From positions 29,916,423 through 29,980,422 of the forward strand of contig NC_057719.1 of NCBI RefSeq assembly GCF_004010195.1: 64,000 bases of DNA. The letters run 5' to 3'. This DNA is from Chiloscyllium plagiosum. Its lineage: Eukaryota. Numbering within the stretch: position 1 is the stretch's first letter; each line of letters opens with the position of its first letter. A program made the translations under genes and the position numbers. The notes below the pieces were generated by a model. It saw only the letters and a program-made list of their open reading frames with translations. It was not told where the DNA came from and did not search any database. Below are positions 39,101 through 50,929 of the stretch, one piece after another.

Positions 39101-41260
39101 TTAACCAAAACCTCAATTTCTCTAGTCATCCAGCATTCCGTACACCTACCAGCCTTTCCTTTCACCCTAACAGGAATATACTTTCTCTGCATTCTCGTTA
39201 TCTCATTTCGAAGACTTCCCATTTTCCAGCTGACCTTTTACCTGCAAACATTTGCCCCCAATCAGCTTTTGAAAGTTCTTGCCTAATACCGTCAAAATTA
39301 GCCTTCCTCCAATTTAGAACTTCAACTTTTAGATCCGGTCTACCCTTTTCCATCACTATTTTAAAACTGATACCTCAGTCACCTGCCCTGCCTTATTTCC
39401 CCAAGAGTAGGTCAAGTTTTGCACCTTCTCTAGTAGGTACATCCACATACTGAGTCAGAAATTTTTCTTGTACACACTTAACAAATTCCTCTCCATCTAA
39501 ACCCTTAAGACTATGGCAGTCCCAGTCTATGTTTGTAAAGTTAAAATCCCCTACCATAACCATCCTATTATTTTTACAGATAACTGAAATCTTCTTACAA
39601 ATAAATCTGTTTCTCAATTTCCCTCTGACAATTTGAGTGTCTGTAATACAATCCCAGTAAGGTGATCACCCCTTTCTTATTTTTCAGTTCCACCCAAATA
39701 ACTTCCCTGGATGTATTCCCCCTAAGTACAGTTGTAATGCTATCCCTTATCAAAAACACCACTCCCACTCCTCTCTTGCCTCCCTTTCTGTCCTTCCTGT
39801 AGTGTTTGTATCCTGGAGCATTAAGTTGCCAGTCCTGCCCATCCCTGAGCCATGTTTTTGTAATTGCTATGATATCTGAGTCCCATGTTTCTAACCATGC
39901 CCTGAGTTAGTCTGCCTTCCCTGTTAGGATTGGTCCCACTTTTGTTAAGGTTCTTTAGTGTCATATTTGATTAAATGCTGCCTTGATGTCAAGAGCAATA
40001 CCCTCATTGCACCATTCAAATCCAGTCCTTTGTCCATGTTTAGAGCAAGACTGTATTGAGGTCAACAACTGAGTGGCACTTGCGGAATCTAAACTCAGCT
40101 TCAAAATCAGAGTAGTTTATTGCTGAGTAAATGCTACTTGTTAGCACTTGATACCCATTTCATGACTTTGCTAATGGTTGAGAGTGGGCTGGCAGGGCAG
40201 TGATTGATTGGGTTGTGTTTGACCTGTGTTTTTGTGGGTAGGACAAACCTGAATAACTTTCTACATTGTCAAGTAGATGTAGTATTGTGGGTGTACTGGA
40301 ACAGGTTGGCTAGGGACCCAACTATTTTTGGAGCACAAGCTTTTGGTACTATTGACGGAATGTTATAATGAATTTTGTAGTATTTGTTTTCCTTAGCTGT
40401 TTCTTTTTAATACGTGGAATGAATGGAATTGGCTGAAGACAGTGTTTATGATGCTTGGGGCTTCTGGAGGATGCAAAGTTGGATCATCCACTCAGTACTT
40501 TTGACTGAAGATGGATGCAAATACTTCAGCCTTATCTTTTGCATCAGATCCACCATCATGGACGATGAGGATATTTCTAGAGCCTCCTTTTCGAGTGAGT
40601 TGCTTAACCATTCACAATTTGCCATAGCATATTGCAGAGATTAGGTCTGATCCTTCAGTTGTGCGATCACTTAGCCTTGTCTGCTGCTTCTGCAGTTTGG
40701 CATGCTTGTAGTCTTGTGATGTAGCCTCACCGGGTTGATGCTCCACTTTTAGGTATGCCTGGGGTTGTGCACATGTCCTGCTGCACCTTTCATTGAACTA
40801 AGGTTGTTCCCTAGCTTGATGGTAATGGGGAAATGGGGAATTTTGCTGGCTTGTGAGGTTACAGCTTGTGGTGAAATATGTTTGATACTTCAGATGGCCC
40901 ACAACATCTCATGGACATCCAACTTTACATTGTTTGAAATCAGTCCCATTTAGCATGTTGGCAGTGCTTTACAACACAATGGGAGTGTATTCTTAATGTG
41001 AAGACAGGACGGAATCTCAAGAACTGTGTGGTGGCCACTCTGACCAATATTGTCTCACACAGGCAGATTAGAGAAGATGAGAACAAATAATTATTTCCCT
41101 CCTATTGCTTTTCTCATCAGCTGCATGCCCAGTCTATCATTTATGTCCTTCAAGCTTCATCCACTTCAGTCAGTAGTGGTGCTGCCAAGCCTGCTCGGTG
41201 ATGGACATTGAAGTTCATCCAGAAGATATTGTGTGCCCTCACTATCCTTGGTGCATCCTC
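36200..41260 (-). mobile_element. Old L2-like LINE split by a younger CR1 insertion
   Basis: Segments 36200-37170 and 39930-41260 are collinear with the similar element at 48780-51300. Confidence 0.5.
37170..39930 (-). mobile_element. 5'-truncated CR1 LINE (APE + RT + 3' UTR)
   Basis: ORFs 38138..38827 (GNYRPVSL..DFRKVFNKVPH..VTSGVPQ), 37517..38137 and 39393..39617; tail tagagtcatagactcatg. Confidence 0.92.
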
Positions 41261-41643
41261 CGAATACAGGACTGGAGGTGGTATATTTTGCATTAGACTT
41301 TTGGGTAAATGGATTGTGTCAGTAGGCAGGTCACAGAACAAGTAATCTGTGGTAAACAATGTTCAACTAACATTCAAGATATTGAATTGAAACAGCATTA
41401 AGTAAGACAGTAAACAGGGACCTACTAGAATGGTTTTATTTCTTGGTTTACTATCTGCAAGCATCCTTTAATCTCATTAATTCTTCACTCTGTATGACTT
41501 CACTTACTGGATGGTACAGACTCACTCTTCATGGTATCCGAATTGGAAAAGGACAAAGTTGCAGTTTAGCTAAATCTTAGTAGTAATCTGTTTTAGAGGT
41601 CCCTGCTGAGTGCTGTCTGCCTCTAGTTGACCATAAAATCCAG

Positions 41644-41837
41644 AGTTAAAAAATCACAAAACACCAGGTTATAGTCCAACAGGTTTATTGAAGGACAACC
41701 TGATGAAGGACAACACCTGATGAAGGAGCAACACTCCAAAAGCTAGTGCTTCCAAATAAACCCGTTGGACTATAACTTGGTGTTGTGTGATTTTAAACTT
41801 TGTACACCCAAGTCCAACATCGGCATTTCCAAATTAC
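41644..41837. mobile_element. Fold-back Penelope-like element (family B) with duplicated, inactivated hammerhead
   Basis: Inverted arms; CTGATGAAGGA occurs twice (41700, 41717); GAAA changed to AAAA; TSD aaaatccag (41635-43 / 41838-46). Confidence 0.82.
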
Positions 41838-41896
41838 AAAATCCAGCCCATTGTAACTCTTACTTCCACCCGTATTGGGAAGAATCAGTAGTTTAT

Positions 41897-41912
41897 AGTG
41901 CCATCTAGTGGC
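41897..41912 (-). promoter_or_regulatory. Candidate CTCF binding motif
   Basis: Minus strand GCCACTAGATGGCACT closely matches the CTCF core CCASYAGRKGGCRS; motif match only. Confidence 0.4.
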
Positions 41913-41929
41913 TATGAAATTGAATAGTA

Positions 41930-42492
41930 CAGGTAGTTTGTGGTTGCATTGCAGTGAAATTATGCTTCATAGAAAATCATTTAATAGAAAAAAATGGAGC
42001 CTATGGGAAAAGTGGGGTCAGGGGCAGACCAGCATTAAATATTACTCGAGATCACTAAAATTTACCCAAAAGTCTAACGCAAAGTATACCACAGTCTGAG
42101 TGAAGGTTGAAATCATATTTATTAATGAAACAAAAGTAAATTTAACACAGTACATCTAAAAAATGTAAGAAGCTGCTGTCTGTACAGTACCTCATAGAAA
42201 GCTGCTCTGCTTGCAGCTGACATCGGCGCATGTGCAGAACAGCATGAAGACTGGCATAGACGTCATGCATGTGCAGACGCTGGCACATGCACAGAATTTC
42301 AAGAACATCTGCGCATGCCAGGAACAGCACAGAGATTTTGGTGCGCACATCAGCACAGGTGCAGAACAAAGCTGCTGGAATCGCACTATTGCCAATGGAG
42401 GTAAACGTTCTCCAAAATACTGTTCCCTAATTCTTCAGCAACATTATAGCCAAATCGCACTTCCAAAACATGCGTTATCCCAGAACTACCTG
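41930..42492. mobile_element. Non-autonomous Tc1/mariner-pogo (Tigger-like) DNA transposon
   Basis: TIRs caggtagtt (41930-38) / aactacctg (42484-92) flanked by TA on both sides (41928-29, 42493-94); no transposase ORF. Confidence 0.7.
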
Positions 42493-43260
42493 TATCCATA
42501 TTTTATTGCGTGCTGTTAATCTGTAGCAGGAGTCCCCTGCTCTTTAATCTTCAATGACCACTTAAGAGTATTCCATAATTTTGACATATATCAAGTTTTA
42601 AAATAAATATGCTCAGTAGTTTGCATTTCACTAACTTTCACCAACAGATCTGTGTTCAGAATTAGAATTCATATGTTAAGAGAGCTGTGTGTCTCAGATC
42701 TTTCATAGATATCAGGGCAATGCTTAAAAGACAGACAGATAGTGGAAGAGCAAAGTGTGTCGGTGCAGGCTTGGAAGTTTGAAAGGCCTGTTCCTGTGCT
42801 ATAATGTTCTTTGCACTGACCCTTCATTGCATACAGTTCTGGTCACCACATTACAAAAAAAATGTGGATGCTTTGGAGAGGGTACAGAAAAGGTTTACTA
42901 GGGTGTTGCCTGGTATGGCGGATTCGAGCTATGAAGAAAGATGGATAGACTGCATTTGTTTTCACTGGAATACAGGAGGTTGAGGCGTGATCTGATAGAA
43001 GTTTTTCAGATTGTGAATGGCATGGATAGAGTGGAAAGTATGAGGCTTTTCCCCAGGTGGAGGAGTCAGTTACTCGGGGATACAAAGGGCGAGGACGAAA
43101 TTCAAGAGAGATGTGCGAGGCATGTTTTTCACACAAAGGGTGGTGAGTTCCTGAAAAGTGTTGCCAGAGGAGGTGTTGGAAGCAGACACAATAGCAGCAT
43201 TCAAGAAACACCCAAACGTACAAGAATAGGAAGAGAATAGAGGGATATGGATCCTCTGAA

Positions 43261-43572
43261 TTGGAGATGCCGGTTTTAGACTGGGGTGTACAAAGTTAAA
43301 AATCACACAACACCAGATTATAGTCCAACAGGTTTATTTGGAAGCACTAGCTTTGGGAGCGCTACTCCTTCATCAGGTGGTTGTGGAGTATAAGAGCATA
43401 AGACGCAGAATTTATAGCAAACGTTTACAGTGTGATGTAAACTTTTGCTATAAATTCTGCGTCTTATGATCTTATACTCCATAACCACCTGATGAAGGAG
43501 AAATGCTCCGAAAGCTAGTGCTTTCAAATACACCTGTTGGACTATAACCTGGTGTTGTGTGATTTTTAACCC
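43261..43572. mobile_element. Fold-back Penelope-like element (family B) with hammerhead motifs on both strands
   Basis: Arms about 43296-43422 / 43444-43570; perfect 13-bp TSD tggatcctctgaa (43248-60 / 43573-85); minus core has GAAA changed to CAAA. Confidence 0.9.
43486..43520 (+). ncRNA. Minimal type I hammerhead ribozyme motif (intact)
   Basis: Stem I CAC/GUG, CUGAUGA 43489-95, GGAG-aaaug-CUCC, GAAA 43510-13, GC-UA ending 43517. Confidence 0.75.
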
Positions 43573-44543
43573 TGGATCCTCTGAAGAGAGTTTTAATATG
43601 GAAAGGCAAAATGTATTGGCACAGCCTGTTCCTGTGCTGTATTGTTCTTAGTTCTTTTTGTTCCTTGAACATCCCCATAGGACGCTGGAAAATACAGTCA
43701 TGGAGACAATTAGCCAGTAGAAAGCTACCCTCATAGGTAGAACAGGCAGATCTCTAAAATGTTTCTCCTCTAATCAAAGGCTGGTTCTCTCTAGCATTTG
43801 CTGCTGGTAAGTTGATAGTGAACCTGCGTGCAGCAAATATGGTAAAGAAGAAGCCTATGCTTTGGAGAAGCATGGAGAAAGTGACTCGTGGCTGTGAGAA
43901 AGGCTGTCAGCCTGAGAGGTGTGGGGATGGTAGCAGGCTATGCAATAAAGGTGGGAGCAAGTTTTCCAGGCAAGTGGTGGGGAGGTGTGAGGCTGCTGGA
44001 TCAAAGGGTGGTGGTGGGAAAGCTGAAATAAATGGGGTAGGGAGGGGTATTTCTAAACCTTCCAACAATGAAATACTCTGCTAATTGGGAACCATTAAAT
44101 CTTAGAGGGTCACTGGGATAATGAATTTCTTACAAATGAATGTGGAGTCTCTATCTAAAAGTTGCAGAAGTTCAGGAGCTACTATACAGGAGAAAATGTA
44201 TTGGATGCCATTGTGATTAACACTGCAGCAATTGTCATTTGAGAGTACGGAGCTGGAGTACTTTGAAGATTTTTGTATTTCACATATCAGGACAATTTGC
44301 ATATATCCCACCACAAGGAGAAAATCTACATCAATACTGCACGAGAGGAGAGTGCTGATTGGTTTGCAGTTGACCCCTGATTAATCATGGCATTGCCCTC
44401 AGAAATGAACCAGTGATTGGCTCTCACTTATTTTGTTGAGTTGAAACAGGCGCAGTGCATATACTTGTTAATGTATCGACTGGATATTTTAACACTGAAT
44501 AATTATAATTAATGAAAATTTGCATTTATAACATTATATGTTA

Positions 44544-44849
44544 TTAGATTAGATTACATTACAGTGTGGAAACAGGCCCTTCGGCCCAACAAGTCCACAC
44601 TGACCCACCGAAGCGCAATCCACCCATACCCCTACATTTACCCTTTACCTAACACTACGGGCAATTTAGCATGGCCAATTCACCTAACCTGCACATCTTT
44701 GGACTGTGGACCGGAGCACCCGGAGGAAACCCACGCAGACACGGGGAGAACGTGCAAACTCCACACAGTCAGTCGCCTGAGGCGGGAATTGAACCCGGGT
44801 CTCAGGCGCTGTGAGGCAACAGTGCTATCCACTGTGTCACTGTGCCGCC
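44544..44849 (-). mobile_element. HE1 V-SINE (young-looking copy)
   Basis: Same head, V-domain and tail as 34822-35134, CpG-rich, (taatc)n tail. Confidence 0.9.
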
Positions 44850-44900
44850 CACATCTCAAAGCATCTCATCACTGTGAGTTCTTTGAAGTGCAGTTAGTGA

Positions 44901-45272
44901 CTAGCCACGAAACGACACGACCAGCTATCCTTAGTAGCCACACACGCAGATGACAAGCAACATGAGTTTGACTGGGACAACACTACTATTATAGGACAAG
45001 CCAAACAGAGAACAGCCAGGGAATTCTTAGAGGCATGGCACTCATCCACTGATTCAATCAACAAGCACATCGACCTGGACCCAATATACCAGCCATTGCA
45101 GCGGACAGCTGGAACTGACAACCGGAAGCGGCAGGTTCAAACCACTACAAATGCCAGAGGAAAGATCACAGAAGCACTTCACAGGAGGCTCCCGAGCACT
45201 GAGGATGTCACCTAGACAGGGGACGAAACGTCTGCAACACAAATTCCCAGCTCGGCGAACAGAACCACAACA
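44901..45272 (+). mobile_element. 3' end of a Penelope-like element: endonuclease C-terminal ORF remnant plus pseudo-LTR
   Basis: Uninterrupted frame 44901-45215: LATKRHDQLSLVATHADDKQHEFDWDNTTIIGQAKQRTAREFLEAWHS..INKHIDLDPIYQPL, the pattern that follows GIY-YIG in PLEs; no ATG, so it is absent from the ORF track. Confidence 0.85.
45196..45235 (+). ncRNA. Minimal type I hammerhead ribozyme motif (family C)
   Basis: Stem I GCA/UGC, CUGAGGA 45199-205, stem II GUC-A-CCU(AGAC)AGG-G-GAC, GAAA 45225-28, CG-UC ending 45232. Confidence 0.8.
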
Positions 45273-46149
45273 TTCGTGTTCTATGCTTTTACTATGAGAT
45301 CATATTTTAAATGCTACATATTATAGAAGTTTGGATTATTACTTGCCTGGATTGAGTTTATATACTGAAGTATTTAGTTTGAAGCTCTCTGTATAATGAT
45401 GTTTGTAGAGATAGAAAATTTCAGAAAATAAGTCAACAGGCGACTTCCCCAGCTATGTCTTCCCATTAGTATCCTCTATTCAAGGAGGAAGTTGCCATGG
45501 TGATAAAGAAATTGAACATCAGCAAACTGGGTCTCTACCTCAGGTAAGTGCAGACAGTAAAATTCTCTCTGTTCAAAATCACAATTGGATACTTGATTCT
45601 CCCATACTGCAACCAAAGCAATTTGCTCAAACTTTATTTTTAACTAAGGTGGATCCACTATTTGGAAGGACAGGCAATTTTAAGCTGTGTGGAGACAAGA
45701 CTACAAATTGGTTGAGCTTGTAGGTATTGGATTATCTCCTAACAGTCTGCGTGTGTTGTTTTGTTTTCTCCCTTGTAGTTTAGGCCCTTGTTTTGAAGGC
45801 AGTAGCATGGTGGTATTGTCATTGAGCTAATGATAAATCAATTATGTAACCATTATCAATTGTTGTTAAAACTCATATGATTAATTAATAACCTTCAGGG
45901 AAAGGAAACCTACCATCCTTAACTGATGTGACTAAAATGAACTGGACCATTCATATAAATACTCTGGCTACAAGTAGAGATCAAAGATGAGGTGAAAGCT
46001 CATAGGGGCCTGAACAACTTTCCTTGTCTATGGCAAGGAAAGTGGTAAGATCGCACAAGAAGTTCAGTGAGCCCAATCTGAATGTAAGGTGAACTCACTA
46101 CATCTTTAATCTAAATTCTGGAAGCCGATTCTTGCTAGGTCAGGGAGCC

Positions 46150-46855
46150 ATTCAGCATGGAAACAGACCTTCCCATCCAACTCGTTCATGCTGACCATAA
46201 TCTCACCTAAACTAGTCCCACCCGGCTGTGTATGGCCCATATCCCTCCAAACATTTCTTATGCATGTACATATCCAAATGTCTTTTAAACATAACTGTCC
46301 TTGCAACACCACTTCCTCTGGAAGTTCATTCCATACTTGAATCATTCCATACTTGAAATGTCCCTTGTGTCTTTCTAAAATCTTTCTCCTCTCATCTTTA
46401 ATAATATGCCCCAAAGTCTTGAAATTTCCCACCATAGAGAATAGACACCTGTCATTCACATTATCTAAGCCCATCATGATTTTATAAACCTCTAAGGTCA
46501 CCCCTTAATTCCGTATGCTCCAGTGAAAAATGTCCCAGCCTATCCAGTTTCTGCTTGTAACTCAAACCTTCCATTCCTGGCAATGTCCTAATAAATCCCT
46601 TCTGAATCCTCTCCAGCTTAATAATATCATTCCTATAACAGGGCAACCAGAACTGGGAATACTGTACTCCAGGAGAGGCCTCACCAATGTCCTGTACAAC
46701 CTCTACATGACATCCCGACTCCTATACACAGGTCAGAGCAGTGAAGTCAAGCATGCTAAGCGCTGCCTTAATCACTCTGTCTACATGTGAAGCAAATGTC
46801 AAACAATTATGTACCTGAGCCCCTATGTCTCTCTGTTCCACAACCTACCCAAGGT
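46150..46855 (-). mobile_element. CR1 3' fragment
   Basis: EVYKIMMGLDNVN..VWNELPEEVV and a CR1-type 3' UTR. Confidence 0.8.
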
Positions 46856-47399
46856 ATTGGCGAGTTGCTTATTAAGGGGGATTATTGCTTGTTAATTATC
46901 TTGCTCACTTCAGATCTCACTAAATTAATATGTAGCTTTCCATCCTACCACCTACTCTGGGAATTTGCACTAGAGACCAAGAATTCTCAGGATGGAAGTC
47001 AGGGCCAAATTCAGCTCACCACTGGCAGTGGCAACTTCCTTGTTGATCATCAGGGAATAGCATTTCAGAGCATGCTGCAGCTGTGTTGGCCACATGCACC
47101 ATACCTCCCCAGACAATGACATCCAACTTGAACTAGCCATAAAACATCCCTTATAACGTAACACGAATGCACTGACAATGTGCTTCTACACTTCGTTCCT
47201 CACCTCAGGGCATAGTACCAGCTATCATTGTAATGCTGCAGCAAGGATACTTAGCGCTTTAGGACATGCACCCGGCTCATATACTGGACAAGTCTGCATC
47301 TCCAATTGTTTACTTGCTGTCGTAGCACTGATTTGGCTGTTCAGCATCAGCTATGCCCTTTTATGCCTTGCCCCTCAGCCAGAGATACAAGCCTCATAA

Positions 47400-48300
47400 T
47401 ATTGCTTCATTGCCTTGCCATTTAGTGCAGACACAAAGCCAAGAAGTTTGTCTTGGTTATCAGCAATCCTTAGTCAACTCAAGGGCAATAACCTTCCATG
47501 ACAAGCTCCAGGCACTGGAAGTTAAGGGCACTCTTTAATGCCAATCCAAGGGCTTGGACACAGTCACTCAGCCACTGGGGCCATCAGGATCACCTCTTCA
47601 TAAGGGGTGAAGAGCCAAATTTTGGACAACCACCACCTGTCTTGTCTGTTTCCGTCCTACTGTGGGGTGTTTTTCTCCTGGAATAAAAGTGAGGCAGGTA
47701 TTAAGGGACATGAAATGTTGTAGGCAAGAGTGAGAGTGGTAGAGCATGGGCCTTGGTGGGAGATAGGTACAGTAGTAGAGATGGAGTGAGTGTGAGGTAT
47801 CGGAGAAAGGATGGTGTCTGTTACATTGGTTCAGTGGACACAATCAGTGATGTTCTTCCTACATTGCTGGGCATTCTGCCAGATGCCTGAGACTTCATTG
47901 GCCCAGTGGTAACCTCCAAACAGGCTGGCATTGTCTTGACTTATGGTATGCTCTGGTGCTGGGGGATAAGGAAGTCCTGACTCTGTATCACCTTGTCCAC
48001 CAGGCCCTCTGTGTACCTGCCTGCAAAGCATGGTGCCAATTTTCCTTTCTCTGCCATTTCTGGGGCAAATGTCAGGAACATGCAGGGCTGAGTTCTTATC
48101 TGGTGCACAACAGCATTTTAAAGATGGTGTGGACTCCTGGGATACTGGTCCATTCCAGATGTCCTGGCAGTGGCAAATTGTTTCTGTTGTGGCGAGATAT
48201 GTAATGGGACTCCAATTGGATGAGAGGGATGCCAGAGCAGAGGAGTAGGAATGAGGTGCACTTGTTAGGATATTGCAAGAGAATTTGATAGGCTTCATGG
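47400..48300 (-). mobile_element. Harbinger/PIF-like relic
   Basis: Myb/SANT-like remnant (..NEVSGIWQNAQQCRKNITD) similar to 15680-16050; weak HARBI1-like ALNF motif at about 47515-47545. Confidence 0.4.
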
Positions 48301-49609
48301 AGAAAAAATGTCATGAAACTGAAACTTACACTGAAAGAAAATAATAAGATCGAACCCTAGGACCCTGGGTGAATAACGCCACAGTCAGGAGTGTATTGGA
48401 ATACATACCTGGATAAAGACAACTTCAACAACACTCAAGAAGTTCGATACAACCCAGGACAAAGAAGCCAGTTGATTGGCACCCTATTACTACTTTGGAT
48501 ATTCACTCTCTTCACTGGTTGTAGATGATACACACTGCTGACAAGGTTCATCATTGTCTCCCAACACTGATCATGATCGACTGGTCCATCCAAGGATTTC
48601 TGACCATTTAACTTCACTGTCCACTATGTTCCCTCACTGCACACACATCAATTGTCATGTTGTAGGATGTCCACTTCCAGAAGTTGCACGAGTAGACAAA
48701 TGTGCATGCTGCTAACAGGCTTGGCCTATTTGTTGAATGATGCTTTAGCTAGTCTATTTGGATGAATCATTTTTATTTATTTATTCACTCATGAAATGTG
48801 GGTGGTGCTAGCTGTGCCAATATTTATTGCACATCCCTAGTTGCCGTTGAGATGGTAGTGAGCTACTTTCTTGAACTGCAATAGTCCCTTTGGTGTAGGT
48901 AAACCCATAATGCTGTTTCGGAGAGAATTCCAAGATTTGATCCAGCAATACTGAATAATGGTGATGTATTTCCAAATCAGGATGGAAAGTGGCTTGCAGG
49001 GGAACTTGGATGTGGTAGTATTCCCATTTATCTGATTCTATTGTCCTTCTAGATGGTAGTGGTCATGGGTTGGGAAGGTGCTGTCTATGGAGCATTGGAG
49101 AATATATGCAGTGCCCATTGCTGCAACTGAGCATCCTTAATGCAGGAAGTGAATATTTATGGATATAGTACCAATCAAACGGGCTACATTGTCCTTGATG
49201 GTGTCACATGTTTGGAGTATGGTTTCAGCTGCACACTCCTGACTTGTGCCTTGTAGTTGGTGGACAGTTTTTTGAGAGTCAGGAGGTGAATTATTCATTA
49301 CAGAATTCCTAGCCTCTGACTTGCTCCTGTAGCCTCTGTATTTATATGGCCAGTCCAGTTCAGCTTCTGATCAATGGTAACCTCCAGGATGTTGGTAGTG
49401 CAGAATACATTCATGGTAAAGGCATCGGATGTCAAAGGGCAGTGGTTAAATTCTCTCTTATTGGAGATGGTCTTTGCCTGAATATTGCTTGCCACATGTC
49501 AGTATAAACCAAGATACAGTCCAGGTCTTGTTGCATTTGACTGCTTCATTATCCAAAACGTTGTAAACAATGCTGAATTTTGTGCAGTCATCAGTGAACA
49601 TCCCTACTT

Positions 49610-50465
49610 TTAGAGTCATAGGGTCCTATAGCATGGAGACACACCCTTCAGCCCAAACTGTCCATGTCGACCAAAATGTCCATCCACGCTACCCCCATTT
49701 CCCTGCATTTGGCCCATATCCTTCTAAATCTTGCCTATCCATGTATTTGTACAAATGCCTTTTAAATGTTGTTAATGTACCAGCCTCAACCACTCTATAT
49801 GGCGGCTCATTCTATATGCACACCACCCTCTGTGTTAAAAAAAGTTGCCCCTCAGGTTTCTTTTTATTCTTTCCCTTCTAACTGTAAACCAGTGCTCTAG
49901 TCCTCACTTCCCCACCCTGGAAAAAAGACTGATTTTAATCACCCTATCCATTCCTCTCATGATCTTGTACACTTCTATAAGATCCTCCCTCCATCTCCTA
50001 CGCTGTAAAGAAAAAAGTCCCAGCTTGTCCAACCTCTCCCTATAACTCAGACTGTTGAGTCCTGGCAACACCCTTGTAAATTTCTTCTGCACTCTTTCCA
50101 GTTTAATAACATCCTTCCTATAGCAAGGTGACCAAAACTGAACACAATACTCCATGTGCGGCCTCACCAACATCCTGTACAGCTACAGCATAGCTTTCCA
50201 CCTTCTCTACTCAGTGTCCTGACTGATGAAGGCCAGTGTGCCGAAAGCATTCTTCACTGTCCTGTCTGACTGTGATTCCACTTTCAGAGAACCGTGCATC
50301 TGAACTCTTAAGGTCCCTCTGTTCCACTCCTTAAGGCCCTACCATTCACCATGAAACTGCTGCCTTGATTTGACTTTACAAAATGCAAGACCTCACACTT
50401 ATCTATATTAAACTCCATTTGCCATTTCTTGGCTTATTTACCCAGCTGATCCAAGTGCTGCTGTG
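49610..50465 (-). mobile_element. CR1 3' fragment
   Basis: ORF 49904..50173 LVRPHMEYCVQFWSPCYRKDVIKLERVQKKFTR; tail tagagtcata. Confidence 0.88.
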
Positions 50466-50614
50466 GTCTCTAATTTTTGATCTTATGATTGTGGGAAAGT
50501 TATTGATAAAGCAGCTGATGATGGTTGGGCCAAGCACACTACCCTGAAGAACTCCGGCAGAGACGTCCTGGACTGAAATGACTGACCTCCAACAACCATA
50601 ATCATCTTTCTTTG

Positions 50615-50929
50615 GTTAGATTAGAGTGGTGCTGGAAAAGCACAGCAGGTCAGGCAGCAACCGAGGAGCAGGAAAATCGACATTTCGGACAAAAGCCCTT
50701 CATCAGGAATAGAGGCAGGGAGCCTCCAGAGTGGAGAGATAAATGGGGGGGTGGGGCTGGGGAGAAGGTAGCAAGGAGTACAATAGATGAATGGGGATGG
50801 GGATGGAGGTGATAAGTCAGAGGGGAGGGTGGAGCGGATCGGTGGGAAGGGATATTGGCAGGTAGGACAGGTCATGAGGACAGTGCTGAGCTGGAAGGTT
50901 GGAACTGAGGTAAGGTGGGGGGAGGGGAA
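50615..50929 (-). mobile_element. Penelope-like pseudo-LTR fragment with minus-strand hammerhead motif
   Basis: Minus strand CUGAUGA-a-GGGC-UUUU-GUCC-GAAA-UG-UC at about 50679-50706 (stems carry transitions). Confidence 0.8.

Larger units (their letters stand above)
42720..43680 (+). mobile_element. CR1 3' fragments, sense orientation, interrupted by a fold-back element
   Basis: LFSLEYRRLRRDLIEVFQIVNGMDRV; CR1 tails gcctgttcctgtgctgta..tgttct at about 42790 and 43625. Confidence 0.8.

Noticed and set aside
38875..39453. 192-aa + strand ORF and other ORFs over repeats (52969..53511, 14468..14812)
   Set aside because: Antisense shadows of CR1/LTR sequence or low-complexity AT-rich frames without recognisable motifs or splice context.
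42200..42370. Repeated motif with spacers considered as a CRISPR-like array
   Set aside because: Short, degenerate, irregularly spaced repeats inside a TIR element in vertebrate DNA; no cas genes.
27731..43572. Fold-back elements as DNA-transposon MITEs or miRNA genes
   Set aside because: TSD lengths vary (8-15 bp), the arms are asymmetric with a one-sided extension, and the same sequences occur as single-orientation pseudo-LTRs with hammerheads. This fits Penelope-like retroelements.
24792..44849. tRNA-like sequences with A/B boxes as tRNA genes
   Set aside because: They are SINE heads attached to V-domain and LINE-derived tails.
45491..45549. gccATGG followed by a consensus donor CAG|GTAAGT, considered as the first exon of a short reticulon isoform
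   Set aside because: ATG 45497 to the donor gives phase 2, incompatible with the phase-1 RHD exon; the phase-1 frame has a TGA and no ATG; the peptide does not resemble RTN1-C. A non-coding or cryptic exon cannot be excluded.
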